From Caecitellus pseudoparvulus (taxonomy: Eukaryota > Protista > Bigyra: Bicosoecida), in the NCBI GenBank assembly GCA_965644315.1, contig CBFFRQ010000077.1:62001-126000 (forward strand): DNA of 64,000 bases, written 5' to 3'. Positions within the stretch are counted from its first letter, which is position 1. Every line of letters begins with the position of its first letter. The translations under genes and the position numbers were made by a program. Positions 20,114 to 32,100 of this stretch are shown one piece after another. The notes beneath the pieces are model-generated. The model was not told where the DNA came from. It ran no database searches and worked only from the letters and a program-made list of their open reading frames with translations.

Positions 20114-21403
20114 ATGATGCGGCTGGCGCTGGTCCTGGCAGCAGGCTTTGTTGTGCAACAAGCGGCTGCCACGACGTGCAGAGCAACTGATGCCCGCCCT
20201 TTGTATGAAAGCCTCCGTCAGAATGCCTGCCATCAGCTGGAACTGGAGCACAGGTACGCCTTGCGCCGTGTTTCGGTGTTTGGAGCGAGACCAATTACCG
20301 CACCTTCGCCGACCTGCACGTGTCCTTGTCCTTCTTGCACAGCGCGCGGACAGGGGATGTGGCGGCGTTGGCTGACGTGTTCCCCACTGCCACCAACCTA
20401 GTGGACATCGAGGTGGAGGGGGTGCCCTTGTCCGGTGCAGGTGCGGAAAAGTTCGAAGGCGTGTTTCCCCGTGGCATGCGCAGCTACGGGATGACGCCAC
20501 ACCGTGTCCTGCACAGACTGCGAGGCGCTCGCCGGCGCACTTGCACTGCCCCGCCTGGATGACGTTGAAGCACCACGGGCTGGAGTGGACGATGCATGTG
20601 CAGGTGTGTTCGGGGCAGTGCTGGCCAGCAACCCGCCACTGCGTGAGCTGCAGCTGGCAGGCAACAGCATCACAGCTGACGGGTTGGGGGCTTTGCTGCT
20701 GGGCCTGGAGACGAACACCCACCTGCGGAAACTGGGGCTTAACGGCAACGCGCTTGACGATGCGGCCGCTGATCGGCTCGTGGAGTTTCTGCAGCACGCT
20801 CAAGGCAGCGGCCTGCACAGCATCGCGTTGAAAGGCAACGCGCTGTCGCACACTGCAGTGCAGACCATTGAGAATGCCGCACGGGCTGCAGGCGGCAGGA
20901 TTCGCTTTGACCTGCGGCACCAGCGCCCGGACACTGTGCGCTCTGTGCGCAACGCAGCGCCAGGGACGGCACCGGCACGCCATCCCGCTGCAGCGCCACG
21001 TGCCGGCCGCAGCGCCCCCGAACGGAGGATGCAACAAAGCCGGTCTGAATCAGCGTCAACAGGGCGGGTGGAACTGTTTGCAGGACCTGATGCCAGCGTG
21101 GGGCTGCGTGAGGCAGTGCGGGGTGTGGACGCTGGCGTTTTGCCGCGCGGCAACCCCCTCACGCAGTGGGACGAGACTGCCACAGCCGAGTGGGTGGCCC
21201 TGTTAAACGCAAAGTTCGGCAAGTACCGCAAGCTGCTGGTAGATGGCGCGGTGGACTTTGCGCTGCTGGTGGATTTGGAGGACGCTGCGTTGGCGGAAGT
21301 TGGCATTGCGTCAGCAACCCACCGCCACCGCATCTTGCGCGAGGCACGGCAGCTGCTGGGGGAACTGCGCAAGCAGCTGCCTGTGAGCCACACAGAGCTG
21401 TGA
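20114..21403 (+). CDS. Secretory-pathway protein: signal peptide + RNI-like LRRs + SAM domain, C-terminal HTEL
   Basis: MMRLALVLAAGFVVQQAAA; introns 20254-20342 and 20441-20516 join three ORFs in phase; LRRs LRELQLAGNSI, LRKLGLNGNAL, LHSIALKGNAL; SAM WDETATAEWV...VDFALLVDLEDAALAEVGIASATHRHRILRE; ends VSHTEL. Confidence 0.8.
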
Positions 21404-21555
21404 GGCGTGCCATGCTCACACTGCGTGTGCCGGCGGTGCACGTGCACAGTGCGGGTCACCGTACAATTCACAAGCTGCGTCGACTGCGGTTCCCTCGACA
21501 GAGGGAGCTTCCCAGGTGCTGCCGCCACGTTCCTGGCGTGACCCGCGCCGCCAGC

Positions 21556-24500
21556 ATGCAGCAGAGCCTGGGCCCCGCCTTTGTCGCGGGCTTGGCTGTC
21601 CGGGAGCGTGTTGGCGCTGGCAGTAATGGCGCAGTGGTGCGGGTGCAGCCACCGCCCGACCCTGCCGCAGCTGCAGCGGCGAGCGCCAATGCAGCCGGGG
21701 AGGAGGACCGGCGCGAGCAGCGCCTGGCGTCCACCGCCACTCTGTCTACACAGCCCTTTGCACTGAAGGTGGTGTCTCATTTCTGGAGCGAGGAGGCGCT
21801 GCAGAGCCTGGACGTGGAGCGGAAGTCTCTCACAGTCAGTGCCGCGGCGACGAGGGCGCTTCGGGCGGCACCACACGCCGCCGCTGTGCCTGTCACGCAG
21901 AGGTTGCCGCCGCACCCCAACATCATCCGATGCTACGGCGTGGACAAGGTCCTCATCCCGCCCTCCATTGTCGAGGCGCTGCCGGATGACATGGCTTCCG
22001 TGGTGAGTTTGGCGCAGCCAACGGAAGGGTGGCAGGTTGCGCCACTGTGGGCCGGAATGGCGGCCGTGTTTGCCCAAGCCGCTCCAGGCTCCTGTCTGTT
22101 CAGGGGTGGTTAGCTCGTGTGTTGTTCTTATTCGCTGGGCTGGCTGCGGTGGAGGCTGCGCCGGCGCGCCGGCGCTCGAAGTGCAGGCTGCGGAACTTGA
22201 ACCCACGCTGCACCCTTCCCGCGCAGGCACAAAGCGGGACGTACTCCACCCAGTTCTTTGCATTCCAGTACCACCCCACATCGTTAGATCAGTACCGCAA
22301 GTTGTTCCCCTGCCCCATGCCGTACCACATTCTCTTCAGGGCGGCCGTGGACATGCTCCTGGTGCGCAGCGGCAGCACTTGCACGAGCCGGGCGCTGAGA
22401 CGTGCACCCTGCGCCACGCCCCCCGCCCCCGCACAGGCTGCCGAGCACATGGCCCAGCACGGCATCGTGCACGGGGACTTGAAGGAGGACAACATCCTCG
22501 TCTCATTCGACGGCCGCTGTGTCATCGGCGACTTTGGGCTCAGCATGGCAGCGCCCAGCGTGCCAGCACCCCCTCCTGGCCAGTCGCCCCCCCGGCAACC
22601 CCACAGCCTGGCACACACAGGGCCCATGCTCATACCCGCCTTTTCGCCCCCGTCACCGCCCTGGGCGGCGCTGGCTCAGCAGTTGCGGGGCAGCAGGCGC
22701 CCCCCCCCTCCGCCGTCCTCCCGCCCCCCCCCCGCCACACACCCCGCCAAAACAGGCAGCCTGCAGGAGACTGCGCTGCAGGCGTCGTACATAGAGACGT
22801 ACAGCATGTCCCTGCACCGGGCCGTCATGCCGCCAGAGGTGCTTAACGCATACGACTTCGCCGACGGCCTGTTCGTGATGTTCAAAGACCGACCCCCCCC
22901 CTCGGGCCTGCCGGGGGGGGGGTACATCGGCACCGGCGCCCCCACCCCCACCACCTCCCACACGGACGTCGTCCTGGACTTCACACGGCAGGCCTCCTGG
23001 TCCATTGGCATGATGCTGTACGAGCTGGGCGCCGGCCACAGCGCGCTGCCGTCTTACCCCCGCCCAACGTGCCTGGTTCGCCCCTTCACACAGTGCACGC
23101 TGGAGGCGGGGGAGGGGCATGTGGAGGGGGGTGCGGGGGGGGAGGACGCCTCGTCACCCGACCCCCCCTCCACGTACCCCGTCCCCGGCGTCGGCTTCGC
23201 GTGGCACCGCATCCCCCTCCTGGACCGCGCCAGCTACCCCCCCCCCTTCATCGCCCTCCTCCGGCACCTGCTGCACCCAGACCCCAACCAGCGCATGGCG
23301 GTGGGCGAGGCGCTGCAGCACCTGCTCACCAGCCCCGAACTGCACCCCACCCTGCGGCACTTCCCCCTCGCCTTCCACAGCTCCGCCCATCGCGTGGCCA
23401 CGCTGACCAGTGTCTTTGACCGACAGGGGGCCAGCCGCCGTGAGCCCCTGCCGCCCATCAGCACGGTGCCCTGTCCCAGCCTCGTCACGCCGCCTCGCTT
23501 CGTCGTGGTGCGTTTCACGAACTGGCTGGGCCAGGTGCAGTGCGTGACGGGGTCCCTGGAAACCTCCCTGGGCGCCCTGCTGTTCAAACTACACAAGGAC
23601 TTCGTGCTGCCGACAGAGGGGGCCCAGGCTGCCCCTGGTTGCCTGGCCCTGGGGGGGTCCGTGTTGCATGCCGTGTCAGTGCCGTGGAAGGCTGGGCAGC
23701 GTGAGTTCGGTGACACAGAGGAGGCAGGTACGGTGCTGGGTGGCAGTGCGGCGGATGCGGAGGACATGACCCCCGTGCAGGGGGCGGCACCCCCGGGGCA
23801 GAACATCGTGGAGGGCTTCTCGTGGGAGCCGTCGACGTGGAGCACCCTGCGCGACGTGTGGCTGGTCGCAGCTGCCGACGGCGTGCCCAAGGCGGCCACC
23901 AGCACACGTGGCGTGGGGGGACGTGCCAAGGCGAACTTGGAGATGGACTTCGAAGCCACACCTGCCATGACCTACATGCGTGTGCCTGGTGTGACTACGG
24001 CTGTGCCCGTTGTGGACGTGACGGTGTGTCTGGGCGCAGAGGACATAGTGCAGGGCTCCCTCAGCACCCTGCTGCAGCGCCTCGCCGCCGTGGGGGAGGT
24101 GTTGGATGGCGCCGCCACCCTGCGTGAAAAGGCGCTGGTGATCGGCAACCCCTATGACGACAAGGTGGCGGGGCTGCTGCCGCCGACGCCGTGTGACATC
24201 ACGGCGCCGCTGAATCTAGCCTGGGGCCTGGCGTCGGAGGAGGAGGAGGAGGAGGGGTGGGGGCAGGCGGTGCAGGGCATCCAGCCCACGCTGTGCGCGT
24301 TCTTGCTGGAGAGACTGCAGTGGGTGGCGGCCCAGGCGGTTCGCAGCTCAGTGGAGGCACTGCCGTACACGACTGTGTGCGGCGCCGCCACCACCATCGC
24401 CCACACCTTCTCCCACCACGCAGACATCCTCACCAGCACCATGGGCGTCATCCGCTGCGTCTCCTGCACTCGCAGCCTGGACACGGCCGTGGAGCTGGTT

Positions 24501-25856
24501 CGGGATTACTCCTGCCTGGACTGGGCCATGCACGGGCTGCGGGAAGAGTCACTGCACTCTCGCCCCTCAGCAGTGGAAGACGCCCTCATGGCCATCGCCA
24601 ACCTGCTGCGTTTCCCCGAGATCCAGCAGGGGCACTTCGACCTGTCCATCGCCCCTGCCGACATCGCAGAGGTGGCGGTGTTTGCGCTGTACGCGTTCGA
24701 CTTCGAGGAGGCGGAGACGGAAGCTGTGCTCATCGCCGCCTGCTCAGCCTTCAAGCACCTGTCCCACTCTGTGTTTGACGAGGAGACGGCCAGCGCAGTG
24801 GCGGCCCACGGCACGGTCAGCATGCTCGTCGCCATGCTGCACCCCATGCGCCGGCGGCAGGATGAAATTGAGGAGTTGCTGACCGCCCTCAGCAACCTGC
24901 TGGTGTTCGAGGGGGTGCGGGACAACCACACAGAGTACAAAGTCGCTGCCAGTGCCGTGCTGCAGATCATGAACCGGCCGCAGTACGCGAGCGACGCGGG
25001 CGTGCAGACGCTCTGCATCAACGTCATGCGGAATTTGGCGTGTGTCGCGTCAGGCGAAGGCACCTCCTCCCTCACCGATGCCTCTGGCATGGTGACCTCC
25101 CCAGCCTACTACATCACGCAACTGGGCGCGGCAGTGGCCGTGGAAGGCGCCATGGAGCGCCTGCCCCAAGCTGAGCATGTGCAGGAAAACGGCCGGTGCT
25201 GCCTGTACAACCTCCTGCTCATCGCCACAAACGACATGGGCTTGCTCAAGTCCCAGGCACGCGAGGTACTGTCCCGGGCCACAGCTGCAGAAGCCAGGGC
25301 AGAGGCAGCTGAGGCAGAGCTAGCCCAGCTCAAGGCGGCGATGGAGGCTGAGCGCAGCGCTTCGGCCGTTTCTCATGGAAACGCAGCAGGCACCACACCC
25401 CGGCGCACCAGCCGCCGCTGGTCAGGCGCCTCAGCGGGCACGGGTGGCTCCGAGGGCCACCGCATTGGGCGCCTGCCGCCAGTGTCTGCCCGCATTGCCA
25501 AGTACCAAGCCGCCGCCAAGGCCCGGCAAGCTGCTGCGGCGGCAGGCGAGGGCGAGTGTGGTGACTCGGTGGCGGCGGCATCAGAAGGCGGCGAGTGGCG
25601 GCCGCCCTCCCCCCGTGGCTCAGAGGTGTTCGTGACTCCTGACTCGCTGGGCTCTGACTCAGAGGCCTCCGTGGGCCAGTCCACCAACCAGCCGTTGCCA
25701 GTGGCCTCCCCCCCACGCTCGCCGATGTCCACGACGCCCAGCCTCGCACCCGGCAGGGTGGTGGGGGGCACGCCGGGGGGCGGCTCAGGCACGCCCAAGG
25801 CGGCACGCCATAGCCGAGTCCTGCTGGCGGTGGGCAGCTCCCCCGTGCCGGGCTGA
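21556..25856 (+). CDS. Ser/Thr protein kinase (PINK1/NKF-like) with C-terminal ARM repeats and coiled coil
   Basis: VGAGSNGAV, FALKV, LPPHPNII, HGDLKEDNIL, IGDFG, MPPEV, LDFTRQASWSIGMMLYEL, HPDPNQR. ARM-like repeats about 24300-25230. Introns from 22003 (acceptor uncertain) and 22362-22436. Confidence 0.8.
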
Positions 25857-26146
25857 CACGACACGTGGCGTGTCCTGGCGCCAATGCACTGCACTCACAT
25901 TGCGTTACTCCTTCTGAATGGAGGTTTACGGCGAGAATCCATTGAGTGTTTGTGGTGGCAAGCTTTAGGCTGCGGGGAAGTTTGCGGAGTCTGCTCTGGG
26001 TGCGGAGAGTGCACTGCTGTGTGCCGTTGACGCAGACTGCGCCGCAGAACAATACCCGACCATGACGAGGCGAGAAGTGACAAGTGTGACAGTCTGCCAC
26101 GTCGCTACCGTCGCGGCATGCCGGAGGAAGTCCTTGCTCTGGCGCC

Positions 26147-29100
26147 ATGGCTGTCGACAAAGCGCCGCCACTCATCAGTGTCGCTGCTGTGCTCAGCGTG
26201 CCAGCCACCGGCGAACCGCGCGTGGTGTGGCAGCTGGTGTCCCCGGGCGTGAACCCTGCACCTGCAGTGGAGCCATGGGGATTGTTCCTCGTTGGACAGC
26301 AGGAGTCCCTCCTGCAATTCAGCACGACGAGCGAGAACCGGGAGGTCACGAACGTTACCGCAGCTTCGCTGAAACGCCAGCCTAACGCAAGTGTCACAAG
26401 TGGCCCTGCAAACGAAGCCCTCTGGTTCCTCGTCGCCCATGAACAGTGCGTTTGTACCTTCTTGAACTAAATCCCCTGCCCCCTTCGTTTCACACTCACT
26501 GCACTCATGATTGGTTCGCTTTCCCGCCCCGACACAGGCCCCTCTTGCTGTCGTGGAGGCGGTGGGTGTGTGGCGCACTCACCGGTGCACACCGGGCCGC
26601 AGCGGGCGCAGCCCCCGGCGAGTCCCCTGCTCTGTTCATGCGACAGCTGCAAGGCACGGTGTTGAACATGCTGCACGACGTGCCAGCGCCAGTGCGGGGC
26701 CTGGCGCAGGTTCGGGCGTGTGTTGGGGACGAAATGGTGCCCTTCGAGTTGCCACCCGCCAACGGCAACCCGAGCCCAGTGGACACGACATCCCTGCGCC
26801 TGCTCTTCACCTGCCTGCCCATTGACGACATCCTGGCCCTGTGGGGGGCGGTACTGGGCGAGAGCAAGGTGGTGCTGCACAGCGCCCATGGTGCCTTGTT
26901 GACTCCCGTCGCTGCTGCGTTGAACGCACTCCTGGCGCCGCTGACGTGGCAGCACACCTGCATTCCCCTGCTTCCACCTGCCATGGATCTGGCCACGCTG
27001 CTGGAGGCGCCCTGTCCCTTCGTCGTGGGCGTGAACAGCCACCAGCTGGCCAGCGCTGGCGTGGGCGTCACTGCCAAGGCACGGCCGGCCTGGCGCCCAG
27101 GAGGGGAGGGTAAGGGGGGGGCATCCACCCCTGGCAGGCGCCGGGCGGGGACACCCGCCGCCCCGGCCACCGTGCCCAGTCTCAGCGCAACAGGCTTGCC
27201 CCCTGACGTGTGGCTTGTGGACCTGACGCTGGGGGGGGTAGTACCCCCCCTCGAGCCAGACGCACCCCCCCTCCCACCCGCCCTCGCCGACCAAATGCTG
27301 TGCCGCCTGCACGACCTCGCGGCACACCTGTTCGCGCCACCTGCTGCGTTGCAACTCATGCACGACGTGGACGGCGCAGTGACTCAGGCAGTGGGCCCAC
27401 TGGGCCCCCACCTGGCGCAACTGCTCATGTCTCCCCAAGGGCAAGCTGATGTTGAGGGCAGTGAAGCGGGGACGCCCCCCCCTGCACCCCCCTCGACTGT
27501 GCAGCCCCCCTCCACTCCGCACCACAGCCAGCCGGGCAGCTTGGGCAGCACCTTCAACAGCACTGGCAAATTCCGCCGTGGCAAGACGTTGCAAGTGTTC
27601 TTGGAGGCCATGGTGACTCTCGTCGGCGACTACGACGACCACCTGGTGCCAGTTGGCGGGGAGGATGACATGGACATGCAGTTTGACTTCGAGGCGGCGG
27701 TGGAGGCGCGGGGAGACGTCGCGCCGTATTACGGACACCTGGTGGGCACCCAGGCCTTCCTGCAGTTTCTGGAACCCCGCATCACGCCCTGCCCTCACGT
27801 GTGCGCCGAGGTGCTGTGGTTTGACGCGGCAGTGGATGCGGCGGATGGGGCAGCGGACGAGGGGGGCCCCCTTTCCCCCCTGGACCCCCCTCACGTCGCA
27901 GCCGCCAAGGCCTTCCTCTCTGACGCCGCCTTCGCAGTGTCCCGCACTGTCGTGGCGCCTGCCCCACGTGGCCCCACAAGACACGTCTGGCGCGACCCTG
28001 ACGCAGCACGGGCCTCGTCGGCGGCATACCCCCGCCAACCAGTGGCCGACCTGCCGCCCCCCTCAGCCGTTCAGCGCCTGTTGCGCACAGCCCAGGACCG
28101 CCTCCTCGCAGGCGACCGCCGCGCCAGTGCCGTACACCGCCGGACATCGGGGCGTGTGCCAGCCGATGGCGGCGGCGGTGTACGGGAGGCAGCGGAGGAG
28201 GTGGCGACGCGTGCCGCCCACCAACGCAAGGCGGTCGAGCAGGGGGGGGGCGGCTCCTTCATCACACGCATGTGGGCTGCGGTGCGGGGCCGGGGGGGTG
28301 CCGCTGCACAGCACCCCCCCTCCGCCTTTGGCTCCCCTCTGGGCCACCGTGCCGTGAGTGCCGCGACGCCAGCCAGTGCACGGGAGCGGCTGCGGCGCCG
28401 GAACACGCTGAGAACACGGACGCCCGCACGAGGCGCCTCCCCTGCACTTGGCGCTCCGCCGGCAGTGACGCCCAGTGGGTTGAGTGTGGGGGGGGAAGAG
28501 GGGGTGGCGACCCCCCCCTGCACACCCCTCCCACCCCCCCCTGGATTGGACGTCCCTGGCGTGGTGCTGCTGGGGGCAGGGGGTGGCCAAGGCTCCGCCG
28601 CTCTGCCCCTGCCCACGGCCGCCCTGTGTGACAGCATGCTGTGCGCATGCCCCCTCCCACATGCGGACGAGGGGGGGTCCGAGGGGGGGGACACCTCCTT
28701 CGCAGGGGCCCAGGCAGACATCGCCTCCCCCACAGTGGGCGTGGCCCGCAGCCGCCCCGCCAAACACCCCACCTGGCCCCTGCCGCCCCGCAAAGCCCCT
28801 CAGCTAGGCAGCGCAGCGGCCGCCACTGCCCAGCTGTGCGGTCTGTGTGGGGGGTTGCAGGTGCTGTGGGGGGGGGTGGCGCGCCTGCCCAATCTGCGGG
28901 GCGCGGCAGGGGGGGGTGCGCTGCCCCCCCACATCCCCCTCAACGCAGCAGGCGGCGCCCCCCTGGCCCTGGTGCAGTCCGTCGCACTGCACCACACATC
29001 TGCCCTGGGGGAGTTGCTGCACGAGGGGGCGGTGTTCGCACCCCCCCCTCACACCCCTGCCGCCCTCGCCCTGCGCACTGAGCCATGTGGGCCCCCCCCT

Positions 29101-32100
29101 GGTTTCCGGGTGTTGCCCCCCTCCCACTTGCAGGCGTACTTGGAGCAGGCTGCCGGTGCACCCCCCCCAGCAAAAGCCCCTCGTCGAAGCGAGGGGGGGG
29201 GCAGCAGTCGGTCTGAGGGGGGGTCAGAGGGGGCGCAGAGCCCCCCCTCGGCATGCACCGCCCACTCCCAAATCCTGCAGGCAGCTGACCGGCTGTACGG
29301 CGCGTGGAGCGGCGTGGAAGTGGAAGGGGCCATCGGCGGGGTAGGGGGTCTGCGGAGCTACACCCCCCCTTCACCCCCCTCCGCCCTCGCCGCGTACTGC
29401 CGCCTGGTGGCGGGGTATGGGAGGGCGGGAGTGGGGGATGCTGTGGAGGGTGCTTGGGCTGAGTGGACGCAGTGGGTGGAAGTGAACGGGGAGGGCTTGG
29501 GGGGGGTCAGCAGTGGACCCGCCCCCCCCCGTGGACACCCCCGCATGTCTGGCGGGAGCTTGGACTTCGACTGGCTGGGGCGAGGGGTGGCGGAGGGGGG
29601 GGGACACGGCCGCGCGCGGGGGGGGTCCAGCGCCACCCTCTCCTCCCTCGTCGCAGCCACGGCAGTGCAAGGCGGGGCTCTGGCCGGAACAGCGCGCGTG
29701 TTCTCACACGTCATCCCCGCCCTGCTCGCGTGTGGTCGCAGCGATGTGGCAGTGCGCATGCTGTGGCATGGGCTGGGCATGGCTGGGGCCGAGGGGGGGG
29801 ACAGGGCACCCCTCCCTCCCACGCCCCTGCGGTCGCCACCCCCCCTGCTGAAGGTCGGAGGGGGGGGCTGCAAGACTGCCCGGCAGGGCCTCTCCGCACT
29901 GCAGCGTGCAGCAGCCACCTGGGCGCCACTCACCCTCACCGTGCCTGCAGGGTGTTTGGGTCTGACGCTGGAGGAGCTGGGGCCCAAGGCGGAACACATC
30001 ACGCGGGGTGTTCTGACTTGGGCGAGAGCACGGGAGGGCGTCAAGGCCGCGAAAGCCTGTGGCGGGCAAGACCCTGCTGAGGCGTTGGCGGCGGCAGAGG
30101 CGGTCACTGCTGCGTTGCAGGAAAGGGATGGGCCCATGGCGGGCGCAGGGGGGTGTGGGGCGTGGGTGGCTGGGCTGAACACGGGGCACGCCCCCTCCGC
30201 TGCCGCGCAGGCGGGCGTTCGGGTGGGAGACGTGCTGGTGAGCGTGGATGGGGTGGAGGTGCTGCGCTGGCGCCACGGCCAGCTGCTGGAGACCCTTGCA
30301 AAACGCAGCACATCAGGCATGCGCCTGGTCGTGGCGCGGCGGGTGTCGCTGCATCGACGCGGAGGGCGGAGGGGGGAGGGGTGTGACACCCCCCCCCTCA
30401 CACCCCTCACAGGCTCCTCCTCCTCCCTGGGCGGCTCCAAGCGCAGTCGCTGCGGGGGTAGCCAGGAGGCAAGGGTGCAGCAAGTGCCTGGCGAGGAGGA
30501 GCGCATCGTGCTTGCCTCTGAAGCGCCAAGTGCCTCACACCGCCCGCCTCCACTGGATCCGTTCGCTCAGGCAGCTGGTGTGATGGAGGGTGGCGGGGAC
30601 AGTGGGGCGGTGCTGTGCTCGCCTGAGGGGTGTGCAGGGGGGGGTCAGCCCCGTCCTCCGCCGGCAAAAGCCCCCCCTGGCCCCTCCACCTCCCCCACCA
30701 ACATTCGAGCAGCCACCTTTGGAGTGAGCCTGGTGACGGGGGCAGGTGGCGCGTGTCCTTCGTGCGGAACCCCGCACTCCGTATTACGCTTGCTGGCCGC
30801 AGCTGCCAAGGGGGGCAAGGGGGAGTACACTCTGCCCTGCCCCGTATGCGGCAAGGCCTTCGCCGCACGCGTGCAGGTCACCCTGCCGGGGGGAGAGCCG
30901 GCCTGGCGCCTCATCCTGCCGCGTCACACGCTGCTGGCAGCGCTATCCAAGATCGGACCTGTGGCTGACCCTGCGTCGATGGCACAGACGGCGCCTGACG
31001 CACACGCCAACGTGCTGCTGCTGGTGCTAGCGGCTGACTTGCCGCGCAGCCCAGCACAGATGGGTCTGTTGCCCCCCCTCGACACCCCTGCCTCCCCCCT
31101 CGCCTCCCCAGGCGGTGGCAGCACAATTGGAAGCTTCACGTACCAAGGCTTGGGCACAGGTCGGGCCAGCAGTTTTGGCAGTGTGCTGAAACGCATCAGC
31201 ATGGGCGTGCCGGATGGCGCAAAAGGGCCAGGGAGTGACAGTGACGACACCAGCTTGGTCAGGGCTGACCTTGATGCGTTGCGGAGTCACTCCGCACAGC
31301 TGGCGAGTGAAGTGGACGCGCTTGGCACGGCAGTGCTGAAGCCAACCTTGGCGGGGCTGGCACGGCTGACCCAAGCTTACAAACACCAAACGCAGCAGGT
31401 GCGGGTCACCGAATGGCGCCGCCTGACAGCTCTGAAGCGCTTCGGGGACAGCGCGCCGCCTGTGTTTGTCGCAGTGCGCCTGCGCCCCCCGCGGTCAGCT
31501 GAAACGCACCATGGCGAAGCTGAAACCGGGGAGTCCCCTGTGCGTGTCCTGGACTCTCGCCGCCTGGCCGTCGTGACTCCGGGAGCTGACAAGGCTGCTG
31601 GGTACCGTTTCGACGCCGTGCTGCCCAGCGACAGCTCACAGGAGGATGTGTTCCGCACTGTGGAACACTTGGCGGTGTCAGCCCTGCACGGCGTCAACGG
31701 GTGCATGCTGGCCTATGGGCAGACAGGGAGTGGCAAGACACACACCATGTTGGGGGGTGACGGGAGGCATGGGATGCCCCTCCCCCCCTGCACACCCCTC
31801 ACCCAGGACCCCGCGCTGCCCAGCCCTCCCCCCCACCACGGCATGCTGCAGCGCCTGCTGTGTGCTCTCTTTTCCGCGCCCCGTGCAGAGGCAGCCGCCA
31901 CTGGCGTCCCCATCCACTTCACCCTTACAGTGGGTGCTGTGGAGATATACAATGACAAGCTGCGTGACCTGCTTGGGCAGGGAGGTGCGGCAGCCGCACC
32001 CCCCACCCTGCAGCGCCGCAAGACCCCCTCCGGTGCAGTCATCGTGGACGTCAAGGGTGTAGCGCTGCTCCCCGCATCCAGTCCGTCTGATGCGTTACGC

